From positions 60,140,001 through 60,204,000 of the forward strand of contig CM060732.1 in NCBI GenBank assembly GCA_030704615.1: a DNA stretch of 64,000 nt, in the 5' to 3' direction. The position numbers and the translations under genes were made by a program. Shown in pieces: positions 63,221 to 64,000 of this stretch (the stretch's first letter is position 1; each line of letters opens with the position of its first letter). The notes beneath the pieces were generated by a model. The model was not told the DNA's origin. It searched no databases and saw only the letters and a list, made by a program, of their open reading frames with translations. Source of the DNA: Takakia lepidozioides. Its lineage: Eukaryota > Plantae > Bryophyta.

Positions 63221-64000
63221 TTTTCTGGTGAGCAAATTTCATATCACTAATATATTACGATAGTACATGTATATATATTATAAATATGATAATGGTAATA
63301 ACTAAGGAAACCTGGAAATGTCAAAACCCTTAGTTTTGGATTTTTATCTTCTGTCTATATTTTAGACAATTAAAATTGTAGGTCTTAGTTATGTGAGCTC
63401 TAACCAAAGCATTTTTTTATCTTTAGGGTTCGGTCGCACCTGCATGTTAGTAAGTCAATCGGGTTAGCTAATTGACGTTAGCGGCAGGGCGACGGCCGCA
63501 CATGTTGATTAGGAAGTTGGTTAGATAACCGGCCGATTAACAGCCGTTAAACACTATAACGGGGAGATTTAACACCTCCTCCATGGCGGTGTTAAATCTT
63601 GATCTGCGATTAAAAATCGGGCAGCAGCGGAGAGGCTCTTGTAGGCACCAGACGCACGCGATGGCAGGACTCGCGTCACCATAGACTGCAGAGGGGAGAG
63701 TGAGGACACACACTACTCAGTTTTTTTTATCATCATAGACAGAAACTGCTAGGGAAAATGTAGGAGAGAGTGTAGGATCAAAGCATATCTTCCACAACGA
63801 CGTTGGACACCACAGGCAGTGGTGATGGCTTTAGGGTTAATGAGGTTGAAATGCAAAGCAAGACTCCTAGCTGAAAAAGAGCTAGAGATAGAAACTGGAA
63901 TAAGACAGAAGTTCGCATCCTAGCTGCCACAAAGCGGCAAGAATGGGAGGCCGAGTGGAATGGTTCCAATGCACATGGTAATATGAGTTGTGATAAAGTG

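Noticed and set aside
63424-63610. TAGGG-starting segment with hairpin AGATTTAACACC/GGTGTTAAATCT, possibly a hAT end
   Set aside because: The partner terminus is not in the window, so it cannot be verified.

Overview
Eukaryotic, intron-containing land-plant DNA; the gene set and TE types suggest a non-flowering lineage, but that is inference. Host genes: class III peroxidase (+), GDSL esterase/lipase (-), ProT-type amino-acid transporter (-), plastid ribosomal protein S10 (-), and a two-LysM protein (-) with a pseudogenised, GDSL-chimeric duplicate. They sit among MITEs, a PIF/Harbinger element, a tRNA-derived SINE family and LINE debris. The main discovery is a Ty3/Gypsy-type retrotransposon present twice: a young near-intact copy at 11471-23692 (+) and a decayed, 5'-truncated copy at 55164-63220 (-). 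It combines five unusual traits. (1) Its termini are not two identical LTRs but A...PPT-B-GC-A-T-B, the layout expected if a 2-LTR circle were opened at a palindromic GACA|GC|TGTC site inside the LTR and integrated by the DDE integrase with a 4-bp TSD. (2) A DNMT3-like C5 cytosine methyltransferase lies between protease and RT. (3) There is no tRNA PBS; instead a perfect 17-nt complement to the LTR suggests self-priming. (4) A UAG-CAA-CCA leaky-stop context, conserved in both copies, joins gag-PR-MTase in frame to RT-RH-IN. (5) The integrase ends in a PHD finger. The sequence layouts are read directly from the window; the mechanisms are inferences that need family-wide and experimental tests. 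All coordinates were hand-counted and no searches were run.
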